24,181 nt of DNA from assembly GCA_964493715.1 (NCBI GenBank), contig CAZBPC010000049.1, positions 1 through 24,181 on the forward strand, read 5' to 3'. The notes beneath the pieces are model-generated. The model ran no database searches. It saw only the letters and a list, made by a program, of their open reading frames with translations, and had not been told where the DNA came from. Of the stretch, positions 7,247 through 16,928 are shown piece after piece. The DNA comes from an uncultured archaeon. GTDB lineage: Archaea > Asgardarchaeota > Lokiarchaeia > Sigyniarchaeales > SOKP01. The position numbers and the translations under genes were made by a program. How positions within the stretch are numbered: the first letter of the stretch is position 1; each line of letters begins with the position of its first letter.

Positions 7247-9691
7247 TTAGAACATCCTGCCTCTACGTCGTAGAAACTTATAGAAATAATACTTTAGATA
7301 ATCTGTAATAATAAACCATATAAATGCATATATTAACACAAATACCGCTAATCCCCATCCCATTGGGGGTAGTATTATTCCATATACAGTAAAAATCACA
7401 GCAAGAATTTGGGTTGTTGTTGTTGCAATGAATAATTCTTTTGCTGGTTTTTTTTCCCAGAAATGCCCTTTAGTTCGTGCTACGTACACGGTTAATGATG
7501 CTGCCACAGATAATTTCAGAAATATAAAGGATTGAAGTATTACAACGCTAAGATTAAATACAACAAGCCCTATATAAAATAATAGGAAAGAGGCTAATAC
7601 CCCAAAAACACCAAGAACAGTGCTAATAAGTAAGATTACATTCATATTCCACCGTTCTGGTTTTTTAGAATACCCTACATTATCTACAGCAATAGTCATA
7701 ATCGGAGCGTCGTTTAAAAGGGCTAATAATACAATCATTAGTGCTGTTACCGGATAAAAGTTGAAAATTACAATAGAAAGCGTGATAAATATTATTACAC
7801 GAATGGTTTCTGAAATTCTATATATAGAATAATTAAGCATTCGATGAAAAATTTTACGACTCTGAATTGTTCCATCAATTATAACTGAAAGTCCTGGTTT
7901 TGTAAAAGTTATATCTGCTGCTGATTTTGCAGCATCTGTTGCGTTCGAAACAGCAATGCCAACATCTGCTTTTTTTAAGGCAGGTGCATCATTAACCCCA
8001 TCTCCCGTCATTCCAACAATATGATTTTTCATTTGTAATAATTCAACGATCCGGTATTTGTGTTCTGGAAAAACCTGTGCAAAACCATCGGCGTTTTCAA
8101 CAATTGTTTCAGCTTCGTCGTCTGCTCTATCCAGAAAAGCTGAAACTGGGTAAATATTCATACCTAGTCCAAGAGTTTTAGCCGTTTCTTTAGCAATTGC
8201 AACATGATCTCCAGTAACCATTTTAACACCTATTCCCATAGATTCAGCCATTTTTATTGTTTCAGCAGAATCCTCTCGGGGTGGATCGAATAATCCTATC
8301 AATCCAATAAAGTAGAAATCATTACTTCCATTTACTGTTTTTCCAACTCCTAATGCGCGATAACCCTTTGAAGCATATTCATCAACAAAACTATTTACTT
8401 CCTTTTCTATAGCATCTTTATTTACTGAAAGCGATAAAATGACTTGAGGTGCTCCTTTTATCACTTTAAAAGATTTCCCAGTGCTATCTTGTATTACCGC
8501 TTCAGTACGTTTTATAACGGGATCAAATGGTGTGAATTTTTCTACAGTATATCCATCAATTTTCTTTTTAAGTTCTTCAAAATCCTCACCCTTAATTATG
8601 ATTGCATTATCAATAGGATCTTGATCTTCTTCTCTCGATGCCAAAATTCCATTTAATATAACACTTTCTTCATTACTATCTCCAAAATATTTGATCGTTG
8701 CTACTGAAATTTCATTTTTAGTAAGTGTACCTGTCTTATCTGAACACAATATATCAACACCAGCTAATTCTTCAATGGCTACTAATTTGCTAACAATTGC
8801 ATTCTTTTTCGCCATATTTATCGCTCCGATTGCCATAGTTACTGATAGAACTGCGGGTAATGCGACCGGAATAGAAGCAATGATTAAAACTAAGATAAAC
8901 TGAAGTGTATTCAGAAAGGTTGCTCCACGAATAGCTGACACTATAATAATTATCAAGACCATACAGAAAGCAAAAATAATTAAATAATTTCCAATTTTTA
9001 CAACAGCCTTCTGAAAGTGGCTACCAGTTTTTGCTTTCTCAACAAGTTCAGTAGTTTTTCCAAAATAAGTCTTCATACCAGTACTAGTGATTATTCCATC
9101 CATTTCTCCTTGCTTAACGATAGACCCAGAATAACCTATATCATTTACATGCTTTTCAACAGGTAATGATTCACCAGTTAACGCAGATTCATCAATCTGT
9201 AAATAATCTCCTTTTATTAATTTTAAATCGCCAGGAATAATGTCCCCTAATCGTATACGGATTACATCTCCAGGCACAAGCTCTCTTGCAGCTACACTTT
9301 TCCATTTTTTGTCGCGCAAAACGCGCGCTTTAACAGCTAGTTTGTTTTTTAAAAGCTCGATTGCGTTATCTGCTTTATTCTCTTCCCAGAATCGTACGAC
9401 TCCATTCACCATCAATAAAATAAAGATAATCCAAAAATCCGTCCAATGTCCAATAATTGCTGATATTACAATAGCAACTTCGATCATCCATGGTATAGGA
9501 CCCCAAAAATTTCTTAGAAATTTTATTATTGGGTTAACTTTTTGTTCAATAATTTCATTGTAACCATAAATCTCTAATCTTTTATTGACTTCAACTTGCC
9601 TCAAACCTTCATTATTAGTTGAAAGCTGGGAATATATTTCTTCAACCTTCATTGATTTTGCTTGTTCGGTTGTTAAAATTTTATTACTCAT
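7247..9691 (-). CDS. Plasma-membrane proton-efflux P-type ATPase (P3A, PMA1/AHA-like), copy 2
   Basis: Same motif set: FWGPIPWMIE, LTGES, IPVALP, CSDKTGTLT, GDGVNDAPALKKAD, YRISET, LLNDAPIMTIAVD. SD-like GAGTGAT just upstream of the ATG. Confidence 0.95.
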   Translation of the reverse strand: MSNKILTTEQAKSMKVEEIYSQLSTNNEGLRQVEVNKRLEIYGYNEIIEQKVNPIIKFLRNFWGPIPWMIEVAIVISAIIGHWTDFWIIFILLMVNGVVRFWEENKADNAIELLKNKLAVKARVLRDKKWKSVAARELVPGDVIRIRLGDIIPGDLKLIKGDYLQIDESALTGESLPVEKHVNDIGYSGSIVKQGEMDGIITSTGMKTYFGKTTELVEKAKTGSHFQKAVVKIGNYLIIFAFCMVLIIIIVSAIRGATFLNTLQFILVLIIASIPVALPAVLSVTMAIGAINMAKKNAIVSKLVAIEELAGVDILCSDKTGTLTKNEISVATIKYFGDSNEESVILNGILASREEDQDPIDNAIIIKGEDFEELKKKIDGYTVEKFTPFDPVIKRTEAVIQDSTGKSFKVIKGAPQVILSLSVNKDAIEKEVNSFVDEYASKGYRALGVGKTVNGSNDFYFIGLIGLFDPPREDSAETIKMAESMGIGVKMVTGDHVAIAKETAKTLGLGMNIYPVSAFLDRADDEAETIVENADGFAQVFPEHKYRIVELLQMKNHIVGMTGDGVNDAPALKKADVGIAVSNATDAAKSAADITFTKPGLSVIIDGTIQSRKIFHRMLNYSIYRISETIRVIIFITLSIVIFNFYPVTALMIVLLALLNDAPIMTIAVDNVGYSKKPERWNMNVILLISTVLGVFGVLASFLLFYIGLVVFNLSVVILQSFIFLKLSVAASLTVYVARTKGHFWEKKPAKELFIATTTTQILAVIFTVYGIILPPMGWGLAVFVLIYAFIWFIITDYLKYYFYKFLRRRGRMF

Positions 9692-9910
9692 AATATCACT
9701 CTTTATATGTTATAAGATAATATTGAAATCTTTTCATAACTTAAAATAACAATAATATCGAATTTAATGTTTTTAAACAGTAAATTAAACATTTAAATAT
9801 TACATATTAAATTTATAAGAAGATATTAAAAAAGTTTATATTATTATTCACATTGGACGTTTTATTTTGGTAGAAATATCATGTTCTTATATCTATAAAA
9901 TTCATTATAA

Positions 9911-11620
9911 TCAACTTATCTTGATTTTCCAAGCTGGTTGTTTTACCAACTCATAAGATTTCAAGGCATATTCTTCCATCATGCGATTTGTGTTGAAATA
10001 AGCTCCTAATTTTATTGCATACTTCATTCTCTCTTGCCATTCACTCTTATTTTTGTAAAAAAGAGGAATAATTTCTGTTTCCAATTTATTATATAAATCT
10101 TCAGCATCAGAAGCGTCATCTAAATTCTCCGCTCTTGGATCAGATGGTTCAGGACCTATCGCCCAACCAGCTTTTTTATCAGACATATTATACCCTTCAA
10201 TCCACCAACCGTCTAAAGTGGACAAATTAAGAACCCCATTAATCGCCGCTTTCATTCCGCTTGTACCACTTGCTTCTAAATATCTTCTGGGGTTGTTAAG
10301 CCATAAATCCACACCACTAACTAATAACCTTGCTAAGTTAATTTCGTAATTTTCTAGAAATACAAGTCCTATATCGAATGAATTCCATAAATAATTACTA
10401 TACTCATAGATCTTCTTTATGAAAGATTTAGAAAGTGTGTCAGCCGGGTGAGCTTTTCCGGCAAAGATTATTTGTGCTTTTTTCTTGATAATTTTAGTTA
10501 ATCGTTCCAGATCTGTAAAAATTAGAAGTGGTCGCTTATATTCAGCAATTCTTCGACCAAATCCTATTGTTAACATGCTTTCATCAAAGAGAATCCAAGA
10601 ATGGGAATTTTCGTATTCAATAAGACGGTGTTTTGCTTTATTGTGAGCTCTCCACAATTCATAGCTGTTTAAATCTAATGCGTTCTCAAGAAGATTTAAA
10701 TTATGATGCCAATCCCTCGTTAACTCCTCATTTAATAAGTCTCTCATGTATGGGGATAACCAATAACCTACATGAATACCATTGGTTATACTAGTAATCT
10801 TGTAATTAGGAAACATTTTGTTAGACACTTCAGAATGTTTTTTTGAAACAGCATTAATCACTCCACTAGCATTTAAAGCTAAAACAGTCATATTGAGGGC
10901 GTTTTTTCCCCCAAATTCACGAATTTGTTGGGGTAAGCGATTTCGAAAGACATCATTGACTATGTTATAATCAAATTCCTCAAGTCCTGCCCTTACAGGC
11001 GTATGGGTAGTAAACGCACAATGTTTTTTCACTTCGTCTAAAGTTTTATATTTTTTTAAAAGTTCGAAGATTAAAAAAGCAGCATGTCCTTCATTCAAAT
11101 GAAAGGTTTTTATATTATTATAACCAAGTTTTTCTAACATTAGGTACCCACAAATACCAAGTATCATCTCTTGAACTATTCGCTGAAATTTATTTGCATC
11201 GTATAACACATTAGTTAATTTTCGTTGCCATGGCTCATTTTCATCAAGATTCGTATCCAGTAATATTACCGGAATAATATGACCATTTCGACCGACAATT
11301 TCATATTTCCAAGCTTCTACTTTGATTATTTTATCTTGTAATTCAAGGCTGACTTGCTGGTTAATTTTTTGAAAATCATCACTAAAGTCCCATTCCATTT
11401 CTTTTTCGATTTGTTCTCCATTTGGACCAATTTGCTGATAAAAATATCCTGCTTTATAGGTTAAAGTGACTGCAATCATTGGTAAACCCATATCAGCAGC
11501 GGAGCGAAGTGCGTCTCCAGCTAAAATGCCTAACCCTCCAGAATAAATAGGTAAACTACTTTCCAAAGCAATTTCCATTGAAAAGTAAGCTATTTCTTGA
11601 TTATGTTCATTATTAATAAT
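9911..11620 (-). CDS. glgP: Alpha-glucan (glycogen/maltodextrin) phosphorylase, probable ATT start
   Basis: IAYFSMEIAL...YSGGLGILAGD, HLNEGH, FTTHTP, NGIH, RRIAEYKR, AGKAHP, PLP-lysine motif EASGTSGMKAAING. The conserved IAYFS lies upstream of the track ATG (11578), and the frame extends to ATT at 11620. Confidence 0.95.
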   Translation of the reverse strand: MINNEHNQEIAYFSMEIALESSLPIYSGGLGILAGDALRSAADMGLPMIAVTLTYKAGYFYQQIGPNGEQIEKEMEWDFSDDFQKINQQVSLELQDKIIKVEAWKYEIVGRNGHIIPVILLDTNLDENEPWQRKLTNVLYDANKFQRIVQEMILGICGYLMLEKLGYNNIKTFHLNEGHAAFLIFELLKKYKTLDEVKKHCAFTTHTPVRAGLEEFDYNIVNDVFRNRLPQQIREFGGKNALNMTVLALNASGVINAVSKKHSEVSNKMFPNYKITSITNGIHVGYWLSPYMRDLLNEELTRDWHHNLNLLENALDLNSYELWRAHNKAKHRLIEYENSHSWILFDESMLTIGFGRRIAEYKRPLLIFTDLERLTKIIKKKAQIIFAGKAHPADTLSKSFIKKIYEYSNYLWNSFDIGLVFLENYEINLARLLVSGVDLWLNNPRRYLEASGTSGMKAAINGVLNLSTLDGWWIEGYNMSDKKAGWAIGPEPSDPRAENLDDASDAEDLYNKLETEIIPLFYKNKSEWQERMKYAIKLGAYFNTNRMMEEYALKSYELVKQPAWKIKIS

Positions 11621-11626
11621 TTTATT

Positions 11627-11632
11627 TCACCT
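11627..11632 (-). promoter_or_regulatory. Shine-Dalgarno site (AGGTGA) of glgP
   Basis: Minus strand reads AGGTGA-AATAAA-ATT-ATT-AAT..., complementary to the usual archaeal 16S 3' end. Confidence 0.7.
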
Positions 11633-11819
11633 AAAAATAAGTAGTTGAATATTCAACTATATTAATTTTATTTTTATAAGCTTATCCCTTTAAAATTAAA
11701 TGTGAATTTTCTTTATTTTATCCTAACTATAACTTTACGAGTTATAGATGAATGCTTTATTAAAGATTATTAATTCATATATTAATAATTAATACAACCA
11801 AAATTTTATATGAGAAATT

Positions 11820-13940
11820 ATGATAGGTCAAGATTTCGATTTTACTACTGTGAGCAATGGAATTGCAATATTGTATTGGACGCTTTTATTATCTGCAATC
11901 ATCTTATCGTGTTTAGGGTTAGTTTATATCTTCTGGTTGATGAAAAAACTATCAAAATTAGATAATGGAAGTGAAGAAATGATTAAAATCCACGATTTAA
12001 TAAAATTAGGCTCTAATGCATATCTAAAAAGACAATTTAAGACAATTAGTATCGTATTGATAGTAATTTCTGCTTTATTGTTTCTATTTGACATACATCT
12101 AGCTATTTCTTTCATAATTGGAGCAGTTACTTCTCTGATTGCGAGTTACATAAGTATGGTTGCATCCACACTATCGAATGTCAAAGTCACACAAGCATGT
12201 AAGACTGATTTAAATAGCGCTTTGAAAATTGGTTTTAATACAGGGATGATAATTGGAGTATCCGTGATTTCTATTTCATTATTAGGCATTAGCGTTCTTT
12301 ATATCGTGTTTAATTTCAATACTCAAAGCATTGTCGGTGTCGCTTTTGGAGCTTCTTTTTCAGCATTATTTGCTCAATTAGGTGGTGGAATTTTCACAAA
12401 AGGAGCAGATATAGGCGCAGATTTAGTAGGAAAATTAGAGCATGGATTACCCGAAGATGATATACGAAACCCTGCAGCTATAGCGGATAATGTCGGTGAT
12501 AATGTCGGGGATTGTGCCGGTAGAGGAGCAGATCTCTATGAATCTTCATCAGCTAATAATATAGCTGCCATGATTATCGGAGTAACACTAAGTGTAGTCA
12601 CAAATAATCCGTTGTTCATTATATTTTCCTTAATATCAAGAGCATTAGGTAATATCGCGGGAATGTTGGGAGGATATTTTGTGAAGATTAAAGAAAAAGA
12701 TAAATCTCCTATAGCAGCATTCGCTCGTAGTCTGACAGCTACAGCAGTCATTAATATCATTTTTTTTCTGATTCTAACGCTGATTTCTTTTCCAACAGGT
12801 TGGTACTTCTTATTTATTTGTTCGGTATTAGGAATAATATTGGGGTTATCGACATATTTTATTGTTGATTATTATACATCCTCAAGCTATAGACCGGTAA
12901 AAAACGTGATAAAAAGCTCTGAGACAGGCGCTGCTACGAACGTGATAAGCGGCTTTTCGCTAGGTTTAGAATCACCTACTATTCCAGTAATTTCATTTAT
13001 AGTGGGGATAATACTTTCCTACTTTTTCGGAGAACAATATGCCCTATTAAATAATATCGTAGACCCCGTACATATGATTGATCCATCCTTAGGAGGAGTT
13101 TTTGGTATAACTGTGACTACAATGGGCTTACTGTCTATTACTACCATAATCTTAGCTTTTGATGGATTTGGGCCCGTATCTGACAATGCTGCGGGAATAG
13201 CAGAAATGTCACATCAAGGAGAAGAAGTTCGATATAATTTGGACAAATTGGACGCTGTTGGGAATACAACTAAAGCATTAGCGAAAGGATTTGGTATTAC
13301 TTGTGCGGCTTTATCTGCGATAATATTATTCGAAGCCTATTTGGAAGAAATTAAGGATTTCGACGTTAATATAGTTCACCCCATTATTTTGTGTGCATTG
13401 CTGATCGGTGCTGTCCTTCCGTTTGTTTTTTCCGCGTTTGCGATTAGAGCAGCGGGAGTAGCTGCTTATGGGATGATTAAGGAGATTCAACGGCAATTTA
13501 AAGAAGATCCCGGGATCCTTGAAAATAAGACTCTACCAGATTATGAAAAATGTATAGATGTTGGTACTAAAGTAGCTTTAAAGCAAATGATTTTTCCAGC
13601 GTTATTACCTACTTTGACACCAATTCTTATCGGATTTCTATTTGGAGCCGTAGCATTAGGTGCTTTTTTAATTTCTGGAACTATTTCTGGAATAATTTTA
13701 GGCTTTGTACTAAACACGGGTGGAGGAGCTCTCGATAATGCTAAAAAAGCTATAGAAGGTGGACTCCTTGGTGGAAAAGGTTCTGTAGCACATGCCGCTT
13801 CTATCGTTGGAGATACTTTTGGTGATCCACTAAAAGATACAGCTGGACCCTCACTTCATATTCTTGTTAAAGTAATAAACACAGTTTCAATAGCATTTGC
13901 ACCAATATTTTTAACTGTTGGGGCATTAATAATTCTCTAA
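11820..13940 (+). CDS. hppA: Membrane-bound proton-translocating pyrophosphatase, K+-independent type
   Basis: GGGIFTKGADIGADLVGKLE..LPEDD.RNPA.IADNVGDNVGDCAG.GADLYES; LDAVGNTTKA (Lys at the K+-dependence determinant); GDTFGDPLKDTAGPS; many TM helices. Confidence 0.95.
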   Translation: MIGQDFDFTTVSNGIAILYWTLLLSAIILSCLGLVYIFWLMKKLSKLDNGSEEMIKIHDLIKLGSNAYLKRQFKTISIVLIVISALLFLFDIHLAISFIIGAVTSLIASYISMVASTLSNVKVTQACKTDLNSALKIGFNTGMIIGVSVISISLLGISVLYIVFNFNTQSIVGVAFGASFSALFAQLGGGIFTKGADIGADLVGKLEHGLPEDDIRNPAAIADNVGDNVGDCAGRGADLYESSSANNIAAMIIGVTLSVVTNNPLFIIFSLISRALGNIAGMLGGYFVKIKEKDKSPIAAFARSLTATAVINIIFFLILTLISFPTGWYFLFICSVLGIILGLSTYFIVDYYTSSSYRPVKNVIKSSETGAATNVISGFSLGLESPTIPVISFIVGIILSYFFGEQYALLNNIVDPVHMIDPSLGGVFGITVTTMGLLSITTIILAFDGFGPVSDNAAGIAEMSHQGEEVRYNLDKLDAVGNTTKALAKGFGITCAALSAIILFEAYLEEIKDFDVNIVHPIILCALLIGAVLPFVFSAFAIRAAGVAAYGMIKEIQRQFKEDPGILENKTLPDYEKCIDVGTKVALKQMIFPALLPTLTPILIGFLFGAVALGAFLISGTISGIILGFVLNTGGGALDNAKKAIEGGLLGGKGSVAHAASIVGDTFGDPLKDTAGPSLHILVKVINTVSIAFAPIFLTVGALIIL

Positions 13941-13952
13941 TTTTTTTTTTTT
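13941..13952 (+). terminator. Oligo-T archaeal terminator after hppA
   Basis: Run of 12 T immediately after the TAA stop. Confidence 0.55.
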
Positions 13953-14189
13953 ACGTAATTGAATTCGATTAAAATTTTTTCGAAATTTTTTCAACTAAAT
14001 CGACAATTTCTGTCTTTCGATAAGATGGATTCACTTTGATATTCAAGCCTCACTTGCTACTAAGACTTATCTATCTTCTCGAACAGATGAACAAATTTAA
14101 AAAAAATTATTTAAAATACACTCAGGATTTAAAGAGCTTCCAGAATCGGAGAACGATTGAAAGTGAAATGGATTATGAAATCTTAATAC

Positions 14190-14336
14190 TCATTCTTCAG
14201 ATATCAATTTTTTGTTAAGATCTCTGCGTAAAATCGAGATGAAATCCTTAGTATCAGGGAACACATAAACTATATCATCATCATTGTCATCAATAGTAAT
14301 TTCTTTGAAGAAACGTCCTTTAACTTTAATTTTCAT
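14190..14336 (-). CDS. Small hypothetical protein (48 aa)
   Basis: Manual translation MKIKVKGRFFKEITIDDNDDDIVYVFPDTKDFISILRRDLNKKLISEE*. Protein-like composition, in an otherwise empty gap, below the ORF-track size cutoff. Confidence 0.5.
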   Translation of the reverse strand: MKIKVKGRFFKEITIDDNDDDIVYVFPDTKDFISILRRDLNKKLISEE

Positions 14337-14480
14337 ATCATTTAATATCATGAGATATTGTGAATAATTTTAGCTACAAAAATTCACATAATATGGGAAT
14401 GATACTTGCCAAAAGTTTTTGTTAAAATCATGATTATTAGTGATAAAAACCAATTTAATAATTAGAAGTGGTTCATTAAA

Positions 14481-15584
14481 ATGACTGATGACGTTGTTTA
14501 TATTGACGCAAAAACTCTTGAGAACTTCATGAAAGACGTATTTAAAAGCCTTGGTGTACCTCAAGAAGACGCTGCCATAATTGCAAACGTGTTAATTACA
14601 TCAGATTTAAGGGGAATTGATTCACACGGTATTCAGCGCTGTAAAATGTACTATGACCGGATTAAAGAAGGGATTTATGAAGTGAACACTAAAATTGATG
14701 TTATCAATGATGGTCCAACTACTGCATTATGGGACGGAAATTGCGGAATGGGACATGTAATCGCCCATAAAGCAATGAAAGCAGCAATTGAAAAAGCCAA
14801 GAAATATGGACTAGGTTCAGTGGCAGTAAGGAATTCCACTCATTTTGGAATCGCAGGATACTATTCTTTAATGGCAATAAAAGAAGGAATGATTGGTTTA
14901 GCTGTTACAAACGCAAGACCATCAATGCCTCCAACCTTTGGGGTGGAACCAATGTTGGGAACCAATCCTTTAACAATCGGAACTCCTACTGATGAAAATT
15001 TTCCCTTTCTAATTGATTGTGCAACAACTATTATTCAAAGAGGAAAGGTAGAAGTGTATGATCGATTAAAAAAACCTTTACCAGATGGTGTAGTAATTAC
15101 TGAAGAAGGTAAAACAGAGACGAATGCTACAAAAGTCTTAGAGGATTTAGGAAAGGGTAAAGCTGCGTTATTACCACTAGGTGGAAAAGGAGAGGAAACT
15201 TCTGGATATAAGGGATATGGATATGCTACCTTGGTAGAACTTTTATCTGCTGCATTAACTGATGGAATTTATCTAAAAAACACTATAGGAATTACTGAAA
15301 AAGGTCAAAAACGCCTTAAAGTAGGGCACTTTTTCTTAGCAATTAATATAAAAAGCTTCTTGCCGCTCTCCAATTTTGAAAAAACTGCAGGCGAAATATT
15401 GAGAGGTTTAAGAAATTCTAAAAAAGAACCTGGAATGGATAAGATATATACTGCAGGAGAAAAAGAATATTTTGCTGAAATTAAGAGGAGTAAATCTGGA
15501 ATTCCTTTAAATAAAAGTTTGCAAGAAGATATTAAAATAATGCAGAAGGAACTTCATTTAAACAACTACAAATTTAAATTTTAA
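14481..15584 (+). CDS. Ldh_2 family (malate/L-lactate/sulfolactate/ureidoglycolate-type) NAD(P)-dependent oxidoreductase, copy 1
   Basis: SDLRGIDSHG, RNSTHFG, GTNP, YKGYG, GHFFLAI, IYTAGEKE motifs. Confidence 0.92.
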   Translation: MTDDVVYIDAKTLENFMKDVFKSLGVPQEDAAIIANVLITSDLRGIDSHGIQRCKMYYDRIKEGIYEVNTKIDVINDGPTTALWDGNCGMGHVIAHKAMKAAIEKAKKYGLGSVAVRNSTHFGIAGYYSLMAIKEGMIGLAVTNARPSMPPTFGVEPMLGTNPLTIGTPTDENFPFLIDCATTIIQRGKVEVYDRLKKPLPDGVVITEEGKTETNATKVLEDLGKGKAALLPLGGKGEETSGYKGYGYATLVELLSAALTDGIYLKNTIGITEKGQKRLKVGHFFLAINIKSFLPLSNFEKTAGEILRGLRNSKKEPGMDKIYTAGEKEYFAEIKRSKSGIPLNKSLQEDIKIMQKELHLNNYKFKF

Positions 15585-15765
15585 AAAATCTTTTAATTTC
15601 TTTTTCAATAATTACATATTTCTTTTACTAATTTTAAAAATTTATTAATAAAATCTCTCAGAATTAATAAAATTAGGATTAATCACGAACTTTCAACTTA
15701 TATTTAATATGATTTTAATTAAATAGAAACATTGCTAAGCAATTATATCACAACTTTTTTATGGA

Positions 15766-16914
15766 ATGATAATGACTGAAAAAACTATATCAAAACCAAT
15801 TAATAATTCTCAAGAAGATGAGATATATATCAACGCGTCAATTCTTAGAAATTTTATGGAAGATGTATTTATAAAACTAAAAGTTCCTAAATCTGATGCT
15901 AAAATAATTGCCAACGGTATTATCCAAGCAGATTTAAGGGGGATTGATTCTCATGGTATTCAAAGATGCAAGATGTATTTTGATCGAATCAAACAAGGTA
16001 TATACAATCCTGTGACGAATATTGAAGTTGTGAGTGATAATGGCGCAACAGCTGTACTAGATGGAAATTGTGGAATGGGTCACGTGATTGGGTACCATTC
16101 GATGAAACTCGCTATTAAAAAAGCAAAATATTTTGGGGTTGGAGCCGTAGCAGTGAGAAATTCTACTCATTATGGATTTGCTGGTATGTATTCCCTCATG
16201 GCAATTGAGGAAGGAATGATTGGTTTTACAACCACTAATGCAAGACCTGCAGTACCACCTACGTTTGGAGTTGAGCCCATGTTGGGAACTAATCCTTTAA
16301 CATATGGTGCTCCAACTGATGAAGAGTTCCCTTTTCTTATAGATTGTGCAACATCCATAATTCAGAGAGGAAAAGTGGAAGTATATAATCGTATTCATAA
16401 ATCTTTACCTACTGGAGTTATCATTACTGAAGATGGAAACACTGAAACTAACCCAGAAGATATCCTTAACGACTTATGTGATAGATCCGCTGCATTATTG
16501 CCCTTAGGTGGGAAAGGGGAGTCGACCTCAGGATATAAAGGTTATGGTTATGCGACTTTTGCCGAGATTTTATCATCTGCATTACAAGATGGAGTTTATT
16601 TAAAAGACACAGCGGGAATTGTTGAAAATGATCAAAAAAGGTTAAAAGTTGGGCATTTCTTTTTAGCAATTGATGTGGATCACTTTAGACCTTTAGAGAA
16701 GTTTAAGGAAACTACTGGAAATATAATGCGGGAGCTGAGGAATTCTAAAAAAGTACCAGGGGTTAAAAAAATTTATACTGCTGGAGAAAAAGAGTACTTA
16801 AATGAAAGGATTAATAAAATAAGGGGAATTCCACTAAATAAAAGCCTGCAAAAAGAGATCAAAATCATGCAAAATGAACTAGGGTTGAAACAGAAATATA
16901 AATTCCCTTTTTAA
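15766..16914 (+). CDS. Ldh_2 family NAD(P)-dependent oxidoreductase, copy 2
   Basis: ADLRGIDSHG, RNSTHYG, GTNP, YKGYG, GHFFLAI, IYTAGEKE. Collinear paralog of copy 1; the start may be ATG 15772. Confidence 0.92.
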   Translation: MIMTEKTISKPINNSQEDEIYINASILRNFMEDVFIKLKVPKSDAKIIANGIIQADLRGIDSHGIQRCKMYFDRIKQGIYNPVTNIEVVSDNGATAVLDGNCGMGHVIGYHSMKLAIKKAKYFGVGAVAVRNSTHYGFAGMYSLMAIEEGMIGFTTTNARPAVPPTFGVEPMLGTNPLTYGAPTDEEFPFLIDCATSIIQRGKVEVYNRIHKSLPTGVIITEDGNTETNPEDILNDLCDRSAALLPLGGKGESTSGYKGYGYATFAEILSSALQDGVYLKDTAGIVENDQKRLKVGHFFLAIDVDHFRPLEKFKETTGNIMRELRNSKKVPGVKKIYTAGEKEYLNERINKIRGIPLNKSLQKEIKIMQNELGLKQKYKFPF

Positions 16915-16928
16915 ATTGAAATGCATTT

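Noticed and set aside
5536-9563. Plus-strand ORFs inside the ATPase genes, some similar to each other (6144/8691, 6687/9240)
   Set aside because: Their similarity only mirrors the paralogy of the two minus-strand ATPases; they are antisense shadows.
14190-14336. Small ORF as a MoaD/ThiS/SAMP ubiquitin-like protein (MKIKVK start)
   Set aside because: Too short and lacks the C-terminal Gly-Gly.
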